NCBI GenBank assembly: GCA_002189035.1
Contig: NEEC01000014.1
Span: forward strand, 2,480,001-2,544,000
DNA: 64,000 nucleotides
Direction of reading: 5' to 3'
DNA from: Utricularia gibba
Taxonomy: Eukaryota > Plantae > Magnoliophyta
Shown: one piece after another, positions 39,280-52,055 of the stretch
How the letters are laid out: each line of letters opens with the position of its first letter
Numbering within the stretch: position 1 is the stretch's first letter
Position numbers and translations under genes: made by a program
The notes under the pieces: generated by a model
Database searches by the model: none
What the model was told of the DNA's origin: nothing
What the model saw: only the letters and a program-made list of their open reading frames with translations

Positions 39280-41365
39280 TCATGCATCTATGTTTCTAAC
39301 AGGGCCCTTGAACCACTTTCTTGCATCGAGGGTCCACCAGAGCATCACCAGGCTGAGTGTGACTCCAAGTGCAAGCGGGGCGTAGTTGAAGGTAGCCCAG
39401 CTTATGGGGTAAGTGGTAGGAAGTATGAAGGCCACGGAGTTGTAGCAAATCCATAGAAATGCCACCACACAGACTGCTCTTCCTGCTGTCTTGCCCAAGT
39501 AGAAGGGCCCTGGATTGAACTTCTCCTCCGGCATGACCATGCGGCAGAATATGGGAATCGCGTAGCCGCCAACCCATCCCACGGTGCTTACGGACACGAT
39601 GGCTGTGAACACCACGTTGATTTTCAGGATGGGTAACCCGAGTATGATGCAGACGACGGCGGACAGCCAGACGGCGTTTGCAGGGACCTTCCTTGTGGGA
39701 TGAAGCCTTCTCCACACAGATGAGAACGGGAATCCGTTGTCTCTTGACAGCGCATAAATCTGCGTGCATCAGAGAAAAACTAACATGGTGGGTGCGAAAA
39801 TCTAAAGACACGAAAAAATGAGCCCCCCGGTATCAGAAAGACCATCATTTCCACGATGTGCTCATTACTTGTCATTTAATGGCGTGTACCATTCGTGCTG
39901 CGCTCGTGAGCGTCGAGAGTCCGCTGAAAAATGATGACCCCCATATCAGGAAGAGGAAGACTATCGCACCCGCAGAGCTTTGGTATCTCCCATAGAACGC
40001 ATCATACAGAATTTGAGCCGGCACATACACACCAGCTGTTTCGTTGTTCGGATCATACAGATAATTGAAATCCTGGCATCAGACAAAATGTTTGTCATGT
40101 TGTATAATACCCATTTGTCGACATACGTATGATTGCTATTTCAAGGGAGACCTGAATGCTGAAGGTTAGAGCCAGAATGTATGTCCATCCAAACACACTG
40201 ACGATTCCTATAGTGGAAAGAATAGCTATGGGGCCGTTTCTGTCAGCCCTCTTCGTCTCCTCAGTGAGATGAGCAGCGGCATCATAACCGTAGAACGCAA
40301 ATTGGCTCATGAGAAGTGAAAGGATTACCGCATAAGGTCTGCTTGCCACTCCAGTTGAGTCTGATGCCACTTCAAATGCTGTGAAAACATATGATGCCGA
40401 CTGCCGTTTCAAGCTCACGATGGGAAGTAAGATCACAAGCACTGCACCCCCGATAATCTGTACTGTTTTTCACCACTTAACTTGGCGGCTGCATTCGAGA
40501 AAAATGTATGTATATATATGTTGAAGCTCACCTGCAACCATATGGATATGACGTCCAGGAAGGCGATGACTTGCAGGGCAAAGGTATTGAGACCTGCCAT
40601 GACGATCAGTACGGATGCGTACATACAATAGAAGAGCCACTTCGGAACGAAATACCCCCCGTTTTTGTTCGTCCCAGTAGCTAGCAAAATAATCACTTGC
40701 AGTATTTGTGTTCCTGCATATGCCTGATGTTCGGAAACAGTTAACTAATCGGCTAGGGATTTCTTGTCTGAATACATGGGAACTAACTACACTGAAGGGA
40801 CATTCTGTGTACAAACCTGTGTTCCTGCTCCGGTGACCAACCCTATTGTTTCCAGCCAAGCACAGCACCATGATGCAAAAGGACCCCATTTCGGCCCTGC
40901 TAAATGAGCAGCCCAAAAGTACAGAGATCCTGCTGTCTGCATTCAAGTATAGCCATTCAATTGCACGCACCCCATTTCTCCAGCAGAAAAGAAGAGAAAG
41001 AACTAGTAAAGCATCCACGAACCGGAAAGGATGAGCAGATCTCAGAGAGGGCGATGCCCACAAACCATGTGAAAAATGCGACCACGACCCATCCCCAGAC
41101 AAGAGCCGCTGGTCCAGCATACAGCAAGCTCGGACCATACAGGGATGTGCTCGGAGCCAACAAGGCCATTGTCGAAAATGCGATCGTCATCGTCTTAAAC
41201 ATCGTCTGCGATCGAAAACACATATCACTTCACCCACAATCCTCCCCAGTACAACACATGCAGGGAAAAGAAAACACAGAAAGCAACCATCTCCCTTCTC
41301 AGCTCTTGCTTGTACCCGAGCTCCTTCAAGCGCTTCTCTGCAGAATCCGCTTCCTCCATAGCCAT
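39280..41365 (-). CDS. BAT1: Amino-acid/GABA permease BAT1 (APC superfamily)
   Basis: EKRLKELGYKQELRRE, LYAGPAALVWGW, EICSSFP/TAGSLYFWAAHLAG, YGYDAAAHLTEET, WFKGPVRNID. Seven exons, all in frame. Confidence 0.92.
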
Positions 41366-42164
41366 GTACAGCTGCCGGATATGAGTGAGAAAGTTGAAGC
41401 TACTTAACTCAGAACCTCATGGGATCATTATTTATTCTAACAGCTCAACAGGTTAAGCTTCAATCGCGGGGAGAAACACAACTCGGTGCTACTATTCCCT
41501 CGTTGACAAAAAAAAAAAAAAAAAACTTCCATTTTTTTTTCTTTCCCCTGATGCAATGACAAGTGACTAAAGAGATTCAAAATTAATTTAGCTATGGAAC
41601 TCCTAGCATTAAAACTATTGCTAAAAAAATCCTTCCTCTTTAGGCTCCCATTCGCTATAAAGAGCAGGGTGAGGTTTCCTATCCAGTTGACTTGTTTTTT
41701 TTATCAGCCATATTCATCTGACTTGTTAATAAACTAAAAAGAATCAACACGATTCCAAATATCATATTCAAACTCTATCATCATCATCATTATTATTACT
41801 ATTGCATGTCAACTCCCACTATTCGGAAGGATCCCAATTTGTTGAGCTTTTCTTGGTGGAAAAAAATAATACAAAACTGGACATGTACATGCTTCAAAAA
41901 GTAAAAATTCCAAACGAGGGTCTTGGAGATTGCAGGCGCCCCAAGATTACAAGTGATAGGGTTTATGTTTGATAATAAAACACTCGACAATGAAATAGAA
42001 TGTAATATTTTGATGACTTAGTTTCCCTGTGGTGTTCCTCTTTACGTCTTCTTTTATTCCTTTCACATTGGGGTGCCTGCCTGCCTTCAAAAGCTTTAAG
42101 AACAAATTCAGCACCCACCATAAGACGGATGGATTCGCGCGAATACGTACCTTCTCCAAAGGAC

Positions 42165-42191
42165 GGACAGGACAGGACAGGACAGGACAGG
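42165..42191. repeat. (GGACA)5 pentanucleotide microsatellite
   Basis: Seen directly, about 800 bp upstream of BAT1. Confidence 0.9.
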
Positions 42192-42549
42192 CCGCCTTAG
42201 GGCGACATTAATTGCCACAATAATGCTACTGTAAAAAATGATGAAAATAAAAAATAAGGTTATGCAATTCATACATTCTCATTTTCAAAATGAAAAATTA
42301 ATAATTTTATAAACAAATCTTTATGATAAAAAACATATAAATGTCAGATGATGAATTATTTTTTCATTCTTATTTTTTTCAATAATACCCTCTTTTTTCT
42401 TGTCTATTTAAATTCCATCTCCATTATTCCAGTGTTTGGAGGATTTAAAGTTCAAATTTATTGTGTTAATTATGATTTATTTATTACTATAAATTAATTT
42501 TTTTTATTTTATAATGTTTCTTTTAAGCTACAAAACATTAAATCGCTTT

Positions 42550-43000
42550 ATCTTTGGAGAGTATTATGTAAAATTTTTGAACATTGTTTTACTTTTAGAA
42601 AAGTAAAAAATAGAAGTAGAAATTTTTTGAAAAAGTAGAAACATAAATGATGTATTCTGAAAAAATTACAGAATCATAAATATTTTCAAGAATATGATGA
42701 TAAAAATAGAAATTAGAAGTAAAAGTAGATGTTTTTTTTTTATTTTTCCTTCTGCCGAATTTTTAGTTTGTGTATTGGAAAAATTTTTAGTGCTGTTATA
42801 TTATCAAAAATAATTTTGTACAAAATACTTCCCATTTCTATTTATGTTTTTTTAAAAAAAATTAATTTTTGATTATATTTAAAAATAAGTCAAAAGTAGA
42901 AAAAAAAAACTTCTACTTCTACTTTTCATTTATATTTTTGGTATCAAATTCCTGAAAATAGAAGTAATAACAACTTTCAAAAAAATTTTGAGAACACACA
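42550..43000. mobile_element. Possible AT-rich MITE-like remnant
   Basis: Internal inverted motifs AAATAGAAGTAGAA (about 42608) and TTCTACTTCTACTTTT (about 42911), with repeated AGTAGAA units. No clear TIR or TSD. Confidence 0.3.
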
Positions 43001-44097
43001 TTTAATTTAGTTCTCATTTTTTAACCTTCATTTTGAAAACTGGGCTGGCTGGCTGGCTGTCTTCCACAAATGAGCGTTGTGTTGGGACAGCAGCAAATTG
43101 GCGTATGTCTAATTTTGGGCCAATCCGACGATAATGGGCCCATTTCGGTTACTAATCGTCTCGTGGCAGATTCTCACCTATTTGTTTTTAAATATTGATC
43201 TATTAAAGCACCTGCTAAATAATCCAACCAATCAGGTGATTTCTTTTCTCTGTCTCCTGCGATATTATTGGAAAGGAGAAATAGGGGAAGTGGGAGTGAG
43301 TTGAATGTGTGTTACTGGAGGTGAGTGAGGGTGACATCATAAACAATGTTGTTGTTATGTTACATAATAAACAGTACACGATAAGATCAAAGGGGGCTGG
43401 ACGGACAGTCAGCAATGACAAGGAGCTCATCCTTATCCCCCCACCCCCTGCTGACATAATCATATATCTCTCTCTTTCCAACATTATTTATTATGGCATC
43501 CAATATTATTTTATTTTTTTTATTTTGTAACTCAATAAATGACTTGGGATTATAATTATTTCTTATAAAAAATTATACACACATGTAAGTATATATAATT
43601 CAATTTAATTACCGAAGCAAGCACACGATGAAGTATTCATTATTTTCCAACGTTAAAAATAAAGCATAACATGAGAAAAAATAATAGGAATCCAAGTGGC
43701 ATCCTTCCAATGATATGTATCCACGTGGCACACGACGCCCTGAGATTCTTGTCCCCTGCGTCATTTTTAAAAAATTGCAAGCATTTTAAGATTCTTTGCA
43801 TTTTTCGTGTAAAGTGACTTCTCCACGGTCACACCCTGCTTCAAATCATGAGCATTATCAAAAGAAAAATTTAAAATGCGTAATATATATGTATATCATT
43901 AATATACATATATATAATGATGATAATTCTGCAAGTGCACAGAAATCGTCGAAGTAAGAAAATAAGATCGTATCCACATAGAATTGTTATTGGAATTTTC
44001 TTTTCAAACAAAGACTGAAAAAAGGACGAAAATAAAAGAAAGATTTGGTTTTAAAAACAATAAGAAAATTGGCTTTGGATCCAGTACTCAGCTTACT

Positions 44098-45055
44098 TGA
44101 AACTCGCACTTGCATGTGTGCAAACCTTGAACACTGATATGTTTGCGCAATCTTTGGGGATGGTATTCTAAAGTAGTGCTACTTGGTGACCGTTATAGCA
44201 CCATCCCTTGTTTTGTGGGATTATGGAATCAACCACGCCACCAGAGCCTTTTCACCTCTTTTGATAACCCATGTTTTCCCCACACCCAAATCTAACTCCT
44301 ACACCTCTCGCAGACAGATTAGACAGAATGTGTCTTACCAACGATGTACGATTGAGCCCTTCTCCTTAGGTGCTTGAGGCCAACCTTTGATTCTCTCACA
44401 CTCCCTTCGGGTTATGTGATACTAAAGAGCACGTTGATAAAGAAAACGTTATGAAAAACAGAATCAAACCTCAATTTAAATGTCGAAAAACATAGTAAAA
44501 CAGTCACATGTGTAGGACTTGCGCAAGCAAGGTTTCACCGCAGATCCTCAACCGCAAGCGCCTACACGTGCAGACTCGACTCTAACATGAAAATAGACAC
44601 GAAAATAGGAAAAATACAAAGGAAAAGTAGTCAAAGACGTTTTTAATGGTTGAGAGGGTGGGGTATTTATAGGAGAGACAATCTAAGTCTTCGTATTGAG
44701 TTTATTTGATGGGCTTGGATAAGATCTTCTATCCAAATCTTTTATTCAAATTTTCGAAGATCATCTTCATATCTCTATCTTATCCACAAATCTTGGACCA
44801 AATCTTCATCGGTTGACCGAGTATTGGGTTGAGATTCGTGGTCCATCAAATCCATAATTTGATGGGTCTTGATTTCTTCTCAAATTAATTCAAAAGTACC
44901 CTAAAAATTCACAAAATACATTTTATCTCCAAAAAGATCAAAGTAGTGTGAAAGATGTAAAATCAATTGAGAATAATGAAAAAGTGGGATTTAAGATAAG
45001 TAAAAACAACAGTCAAGAGTAGTGGAAGAACATGTTTTTAAATGACACAAAATCA
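44098..45055 (-). mobile_element. LTR-like dispersed repeat, copy B (probable solo LTR or LTR fragment)
   Basis: Homologous to 24500-25270 in inverted orientation. On the minus strand it could run TGATTTTGTG...GAGTTTCA (TG...CA) with a TATA-like CTATAAATA (about 44664-44672). The flanks TTACT and TTTAT do not form a perfect TSD. Confidence 0.6.
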
Positions 45056-45678
45056 TTTATCATATAACATAATATATCATTGTATTATTAAATTTTATAA
45101 TATAATTTTATATTTAAAATAAAAAAGTATTTTTATAGTCTTAAGATATATTCTATTTTACCTAATTTCAACCCCTTACGGAACATGCATCCCTTCCAAA
45201 AGCCTTTCGAGACACTGATACAATGAATTAATTAGAAATTTGACTATGTGTGAGTGAAAAAAATTATCATTCTATGAATATTTTTTTTTATCTAAATGTG
45301 CGTGAGATAATGTAGCAATTACTACTTTTCTAACACAATACACAGTTGGAATTAATTTTTAGTTATTGTGATAAAATTGAGATGGGGTGAGTATTTGTGA
45401 ATTATCTTGCAATTATTTTCCTAAATTGGAACTGCAAGTCATATCATTGGGCGATGCGGGAAATGGAGACAGCAAATTTGAATTGCACAACTTGGGAGAC
45501 TTTCAATTATTGAAGCTTCATATTTTCACTTTCTTTTTTTCTTTAAATAAAAAAAAGATTGCAGTCGACTACGTGTTTTTGCATCGGATGACTCAGCGCG
45601 CATTAATTGGTCCCCTCTCTCCCCTTGTCGCTCTTTTCCTAAAGAATCTTTTGTAAAGAAACAACACAAACAATAGCA

Positions 45679-45684
45679 CACGTG
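45679..45684 (+). promoter_or_regulatory. G-box/ABRE (CACGTG) upstream of NAC; another at about 43721-43726
   Basis: Motif seen directly. ABREs are typical of stress-induced ATAF promoters; function is inferred. Confidence 0.4.
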
Positions 45685-46198
45685 GGAAGATGAACATGCA
45701 ACCGAAGCCTTTTTTTTTTTTTTCTCAAATAATCAAAGGTCAACACACGCTATTACATCCCTGATATTCATTTATTACAAGATATCAATTGTGGTAGAGG
45801 CTAGAGACTCCCTCTTCACTACAAAAATGTTGTGTCATGATTTTAATGGCCAACGGGAAATATTGTCGTCGGGTTTTGATTCCACTTTAACAGTTAGCAT
45901 GTTTTACTGGTCAAAAGGGATGCATATGTGTATATGTATGCGAGAAAAAAAGATTGTGTGAAATGGGACAACGTCAGCATGTGTGTTTGTGGTCCTGCTT
46001 CTCAAAAACAATGTTTTCGTGGTCCTGTAAAGAACAAGTGGAAAATTGAATCACTCTGTTTTGTCAGCGCCCGCTGAATCTGGCTATAAATACGGGCCTC
46101 TGCCGATGGGGATTTCTTCGTTCAGCTGGGGTGGTGAAGGAGGAACAAGGGAAGAAAAGAAGAAGCTTTTGGAGTGGATGTTTTGTGGTGGAAGTAGA

Positions 46199-47250
46199 AT
46201 GAAGGCGGGAGCACAGAAGCTGAGTTTTCCGGCGGGGTTCCGGTTTCATCCCACGGATGACGAGCTGGTGGAGAGTTATCTCTGCCGGAAGTGCGCTGGG
46301 CTTCAAGTTGAGGCTCCTATAATCGCGGAGATTGATATCTATAGATTTGATCCCTGGGAGCTTCCTGGTAATTTCTTTCGATTTCATATTGGATGAAACG
46401 TGGAGCTTCGTTTTGCTGACAAACTGGGGCGTTTATTTATGTTACAGATCTTGCACTGTATGGTGAAAGGGAGTGGTATTTCTTCTCTCCGAGGGACCGG
46501 AAGTATCCCAACGGTTCACGGCCCAACAGGGCGGCCGGAACCGGTTACTGGAAAGCCACCGGAGCCGATAAGCCGATCGGGAAGCAGAAGATCATGGGGA
46601 TAAAAAAGGCTCTCGTGTTCTACGCAGGGAAAGCTCCCAAGGGCGTCAAAACCAATTGGATCATGCACGAATACCGCTTAGCTAACGTGGATAGGTCTGC
46701 TGGAAAGAGAACCACTTTGAGGGTACTTGTTCTGTTTTTGTTTCCAGCAACAGAAAGTGTTGTATTGCTGGTGGGTTCATATCTGACTCTCTCAAGATTG
46801 CAGCTTGATGAATGGGTTTTATGCCGAATATACAACAAGAAAGGAGGTGCTTCCGCAACATTCCACAGCGCTCCTCAGAAGGCAGATCACTTCCCTGAGG
46901 ATGAAGAACAGAAGCCCAAAATCGACTCCTCGGAGTACAGCAGTGTCGTAAATCCAGCACCCCTGTTTCGGCCTCGTGAAGCGTTAGTACCTCACTCAAA
47001 TTTCCCGTTCAATTCATCCGAACTGCTGCTGAAATTCCCCACGCACTCGAGTAGCTCAGAGCATGTTCAGTCGACAGAGTTCAAGGAGGTTCAGAGTGAT
47101 CCCAAGTGGACTGACTTCGAGACTTCATTAGACATGCAATCCAGTTATGTGGCTGGATTTCCTGAAGATATTTTCGGGTCGCAGATGCCATACGACCAAC
47201 TCCCTCTCTTCCAGGACATGTTTGCATACATGCAGAAGAAGCCCTTCTAA
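46199..47250 (+). CDS. NAC transcription factor, ATAF1/NAC2 subgroup, 3 exons
   Basis: [66 protein letters not shown] and the ATAF C-terminal features EVQSDPKW and [14 protein letters not shown]. Confidence 0.94.
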
Positions 47251-47579
47251 CCAAACAGTGGAGGGGTGGAGCTGATCCTTGGCTCATCACCAGAAAAACT
47301 CAGACAGGAACCTATTAAAACATTGGCATCGGTTTTAGTAGTAGCATAGACCATTTTTGTACCGGTAGCGAACTTTCCAATATTGTCCGAGCAATTTGTT
47401 CTTTTCTCACGGAGAACAAGATAATAAAAGCTACACTTATGATTTATTTAGTGCAACAGCTGCAGCAACTGCCTTCTACTGTCAACAGAATCAGGAACTA
47501 CATACACTGAAACTGTGCAAGTTCACTAGACTGTTTGTCTGCACTATGCTGTTAGATCTACAAATAAAGATCATGGTGA

Positions 47580-49428
47580 TCAAATAGATGCAATGCTATA
47601 TTTCGAACGTTGGTGACAATCCGCAGGCATCCAGCCGATCATATGCTTCTCATTGTCGTAGATTATGAGCTTATCCTGCATCGATATATCTGCATAGAAG
47701 GGTAGCTCGAGTGACGGATATGCTCTGCAAAGTATTCTCAAACAATGACTTTGAATGCACAGACCTCCGATCATGTTGAAGTTCTCCAGTCCCACATCGG
47801 TTCCATTGAGAATCCCCAAACAAGCATTTCCCTTGGACTGCAAGCGCACAAAATTCAGGCTAAGCAGAGAAATGGGAATAAAGTATACTGGGAGAAAAAG
47901 AGGAGACTCACTGAGACTATGAGATATCCTTCTGGCGGAACTTCGAACTGAGCTCTTGTTCTCCATCCACTGGAGAAGCTGAATGCCATGGACTTGAAGT
48001 ATTTTCTGACTTCTCTTACTGTCTTAAAAGGTTTCTTTCCTTTCCAGCACAGGGGGAGAGTTTGATCATCTGATGCTTCTTTCAGCTTCCCTCTCAAGTC
48101 CTTGTTTATCTAAAATTTCAAGAAAACGATGATGGCATCTGGGGTAAGATAAGAAGGATGAGATGTAAATGTAGACGGATTGTCAGCCCCACCAAAGAAA
48201 CAACAGTTTGGTAAATCTGGGAGCTGAAGTATGTGTAAGAGCTCCCACTGTCGAGGATCACATTGAGGTTCTTGAACCCTGTGCTTCTTCCACCAAAACG
48301 AAGTTCGGCCAACCCAGCTAAGTAGTGCTTGCTGCATTTTTTGAGATAAAAGGCTTCATTCATGTTTGTCAATGTACGAAAAAGAGAATGCAAAAGTACT
48401 ACTAAACCTGGACTCATGAGACATAGGCGTCCATGTTACTCTTGAAGAATCATAGACATCTTCTCCAAAGAAGAGGAAGCCTCCATTTCCTAAGCCACTA
48501 AAACAATGACCAACAATATTCTTCACAACTCCTTGATCTCGAAGCTGCGATATGATACTCGATTTCCCTTTCCCGATTCCGAGAACACCATCAAGTGGAT
48601 GATCAGATGAGCCCGCTAACTGGTCGTAGCCACACCTGAGAAAAAAAGGCATAAAAAAGCATGCGTTTTTTGGGTGCTTTGTTCTAAAAAATCTACCAAC
48701 AAAGATCCAAACTCTAACCCAATTGTCAAACGAGGGCTCAACCGGACACCAGTCGTTGCGTTAAGAGCAAAGAAGTCATTAACTAGAACTCCAAGGGATG
48801 AGCCTCCATCTGCATACTCAACTTCATAGTCACATTGCTCTGGGTTGTCGCATGTGTAGTCACCTGAATGCAGGGAAGCACAGAGTGGATCCTTGCATAC
48901 AACAAGATCATTGCTTGGCCTGTACAGTGGGTGAAACCCCTGTTGCAAAACAAGAAAACCAGTCAAAACTCATAGCTCTTAGAGCGTACGATCACTCTAG
49001 CATTTCATGTGTTATGATCATATTGAATGTGAGTACCGTTGTGCAACGAACGCAAGGCGCATCACATTGAAGCCAGGTGAGATCACTTCCCGTGTCCGGA
49101 TCAAGAAAATGTGGCTTCGGAGGATATCCGAGGTAAACTTGAACAAAGTAAAACCTGCAACAGTAATTCATGGAAACTTGAACTATGAATTCTGATTAGC
49201 AGATTATCAAAAAGATAATAATAATGCATACCCATCAGGATAAACATTCCCATAAACAGGAAATATGATGGAAGAACCAAGTTTGCTGATTGCAGGAGGA
49301 GAAGAAGAAGAAGAGGAGGAGGTGCCCATTTTTCTCCATTTTTGATGGTGATTATCAGAAGCAGCACCACATGAAGCAGCTAACACAATACAAACGACAG
49401 CAAAAACCAACTTTTTGTCTCCTCTCAT
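47580..49428 (-). CDS. Aspartic proteinase Asp1/nucellin-like, 8 exons
   Basis: Signal peptide; catalytic motifs LDPDTGSDLTWLQC and ILDSGSSYTY; GNACLGILNG; YDNEKHMIGW. Frames are consistent across introns. Confidence 0.92.
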
Positions 49429-50730
49429 TCTTCAGAAAAATACTACAACGTGGTGAGCTTTACTTCCAAGTCATTGCCTTTACTTTATGGGTCCTTTTAC
49501 TTGGGAATCAAGGTTTATAACTAATATAATCTACCTCCCTCATTCTTTCACTAATATTCTTCGCTTTTCGTGATAACTACAACAAACAGAAGTTTCACAA
49601 GGAAAGCTTCTTCGATTCCTTGCTTTCCCAGATCTTACGGGATACCTTCTCATTTTACACACGGATAATCCAAAGCTCTTCCTCATGGGACTTCGAAATA
49701 ATCCGAAGTAGTGGGTTTTTGAACACCATCTTCTCCTGTCCTTTTTTTCGCAATGGGAAGAACCATCTTCTCCTGTCTTAATAGCTGAAGTAGAAGGACT
49801 GGAAACCGAGGAAGAAGGAGAGACAGAGAACTGAAAACAAGTTAGAACGAGAAATTAAGTGAGCAAATTGGGTAACCCTCTTGCCACTGTCAAGATTGAT
49901 TGGAACATATGTAGCATCAGCTAACTCTTGAGCTTTAGCGGCACACAGTGTAACTGAAAGCATATGTTATTTCATAGAAAGCAGCAGGAAAATGCAAAGA
50001 AAATAATATGGCAGAAATAACAGCAAGGCAGCGGCAGATAGAGAGCAGCTTGTTTGAGGCCTTAGCTTACGAGTTCGCTCATGGCATGGCAAGCGCAGAC
50101 GGTAGTAAACATGTAAATCCACGTGATGAGGTGCCTTACAAATTGCCTTCAAGAGCAACCTTTGCATCATTGGATTGTTATGACTTTTGTCTACCAGTTC
50201 ACTGCAACCCGTGGGAGATAATAAAGGATGTAAACCCACAGAATGGTTTCACTCTCTACATATATAGAAAATGGAAGCAGCAAACCTTAAGAAGATGAAG
50301 CAACCATCGACTCCTTGCTTTGAGACTGAAGAAAGCAGCAGCATACAGGGGAATGATTCTCAATCTCAGGCTTCAATCCCCACACAGAAGCTCCTGCTGA
50401 AATCATCCACACAGAAGCTCCTGCTCAAGCAAATTCGACCAGAGCCATGATCGTTGTCAAGAACGCTATATATGCAATGCTTTACAAAACCCTGAATCCT
50501 GATGAAAAATATCAAGTGAAATATGTGCAGCATGGTGATTTAACCTCCCCGTAATCCCAGTAATTTCAGGAGTAACCATCAACTACTAAGTAGGTTCGAT
50601 GTAACCATGGTATGGTATAGAACAAGAATGCCTCTGTTTTAAGTAGACACGTTGCGAATAGAAAGGAATCAATTTGAAAATTTACAGCCAGAAACGAAGA
50701 ACAAACCACAATCGTAAAAAACGGGGCGAA

Positions 50731-51183
50731 TCATGGTTCCGGCCCCAGAATCCCGTTCACGACAGTGGTGGCTACCAAAACCCCAACTGCCTCCGCTGCC
50801 ACGACGGCTCCCGCCTGAGTCACTCCATTGAAACTCACGGTGGCCTCAATTTCCTTCTCAGCAACCTCTACGCCCTTCTCCGCTGCTTCAATCCCGATCT
50901 CAGCCGCTTCAAGCCCCTTTTCCGCAGCCTCGAAACCTTCCTTGACAATTAATTCGGCTTCCTTCTCCGCCGCCTGCAATCCAGGTTTCAGACCGAACAA
51001 GGGTATATCCCTTGCTCCAGCAGCCCCATCCGTGAACTTCAAAGCCGTGGTGGCGGTGAGCAGGAGCAGGCATCGACGCCTCGTCGCGAATGCCGCCGTC
51101 GCCTGCTTTCTCTCCGCCGCCGGATGAGACGGTCTCCCTGCCGGAATCGTCTGCGCTACGACGAGCGACATTGCCGAGGCCAT
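50731..51183 (-). CDS. YCF37: YCF37-like thylakoid protein, single exon
   Basis: Transit peptide with TRRRCLLL twin-Arg-like stretch, DIPLFG, EKG(L/I/V)EAAE heptads, VSFNGVTQAGAVVAAE, VVNGILGPE. Confidence 0.8.
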   Translation of the reverse strand: MASAMSLVVAQTIPAGRPSHPAAERKQATAAFATRRRCLLLLTATTALKFTDGAAGARDIPLFGLKPGLQAAEKEAELIVKEGFEAAEKGLEAAEIGIEAAEKGVEVAEKEIEATVSFNGVTQAGAVVAAEAVGVLVATTVVNGILGPEP

Positions 51184-52055
51184 TGATCGAATTCTCAAGA
51201 CACTGGAACCGTTAGCCGCGATATGGAAGGAGCTAAGCCGGACTCTGTGGTCTCGCTTCACCCAAAACAAAATAAAAAATGCGTCACCAAATAAAAAGGA
51301 AAAAACAGATTAATCACTTTTAAACAATCCCAGAAAAATCGTGTTTATTACAGTCGTACAATTACCGTGTTTCGAAAACTTAAATACGCACGTGATTTAT
51401 AAAACATTTATGTAATAATTTAAATTATATTTCTTAAAAAAATTTCTAATGTAAATCTTATTAATAAAGTGAGTTTTTAACTTTTTTTATTTATTCTAAA
51501 CTGATTTAATGTAATAAATATATTTTACTTTTAATCAGGTGATATTTGTTTATATCTTCCAGTATTGTTCCTCATTTGAAGAAAAGTTTGTATCTAAGAA
51601 ACCCTAAATGAGGATCTTGACATTGGGAGGATTTAGAATAACTGCAACTGCAGAAAGCAAGTAGTCTAGGGCTGCCATGAGGAATATCATCCAATAGGAT
51701 GGATGATTTCCTGCATGTGAAACAGATGACAGATTGTCCTCTTCAAACCTTGCATGGAAAATGATCCAGATGCAGCCACCCTTTCAGAATAATTTAATAC
51801 AGAAACGATGCATTCTTCAGGAAAGTCGTACTTCATTTACTATGGTGTGGTGCTATTCTGTAGTAGGATTAATTGGTGACTCTGCTACATTTCTGAAATA
51901 AATGGGCATAAAGAACCTAACCCCAGGGCTCCATGAGAGTTGACTTCCAGCTTTGGGTTGCTGCACTTCATTCATCGTCCAAGCTCTCATTCTCATTCTC
52001 ATTCTTATGCCTTGACATTGATGAAAGCAAAGGCTAGTTTTTGGAACACTACGAG

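Noticed and set aside
47789-47799. GTCCCACATCG, a perfect plant snRNA upstream sequence element (USE)
   Set aside because: It lies inside an Asp1 coding exon (antisense of NGTDVGL), with no TATA box or snRNA-like sequence downstream.
50118-50220. Box C (GTGATGA) with flanking CCACG/CGTGG stem, suggesting a C/D snoRNA
   Set aside because: There is no CTGA box D next to the 3' stem and no rRNA-complementary guide was recognised.
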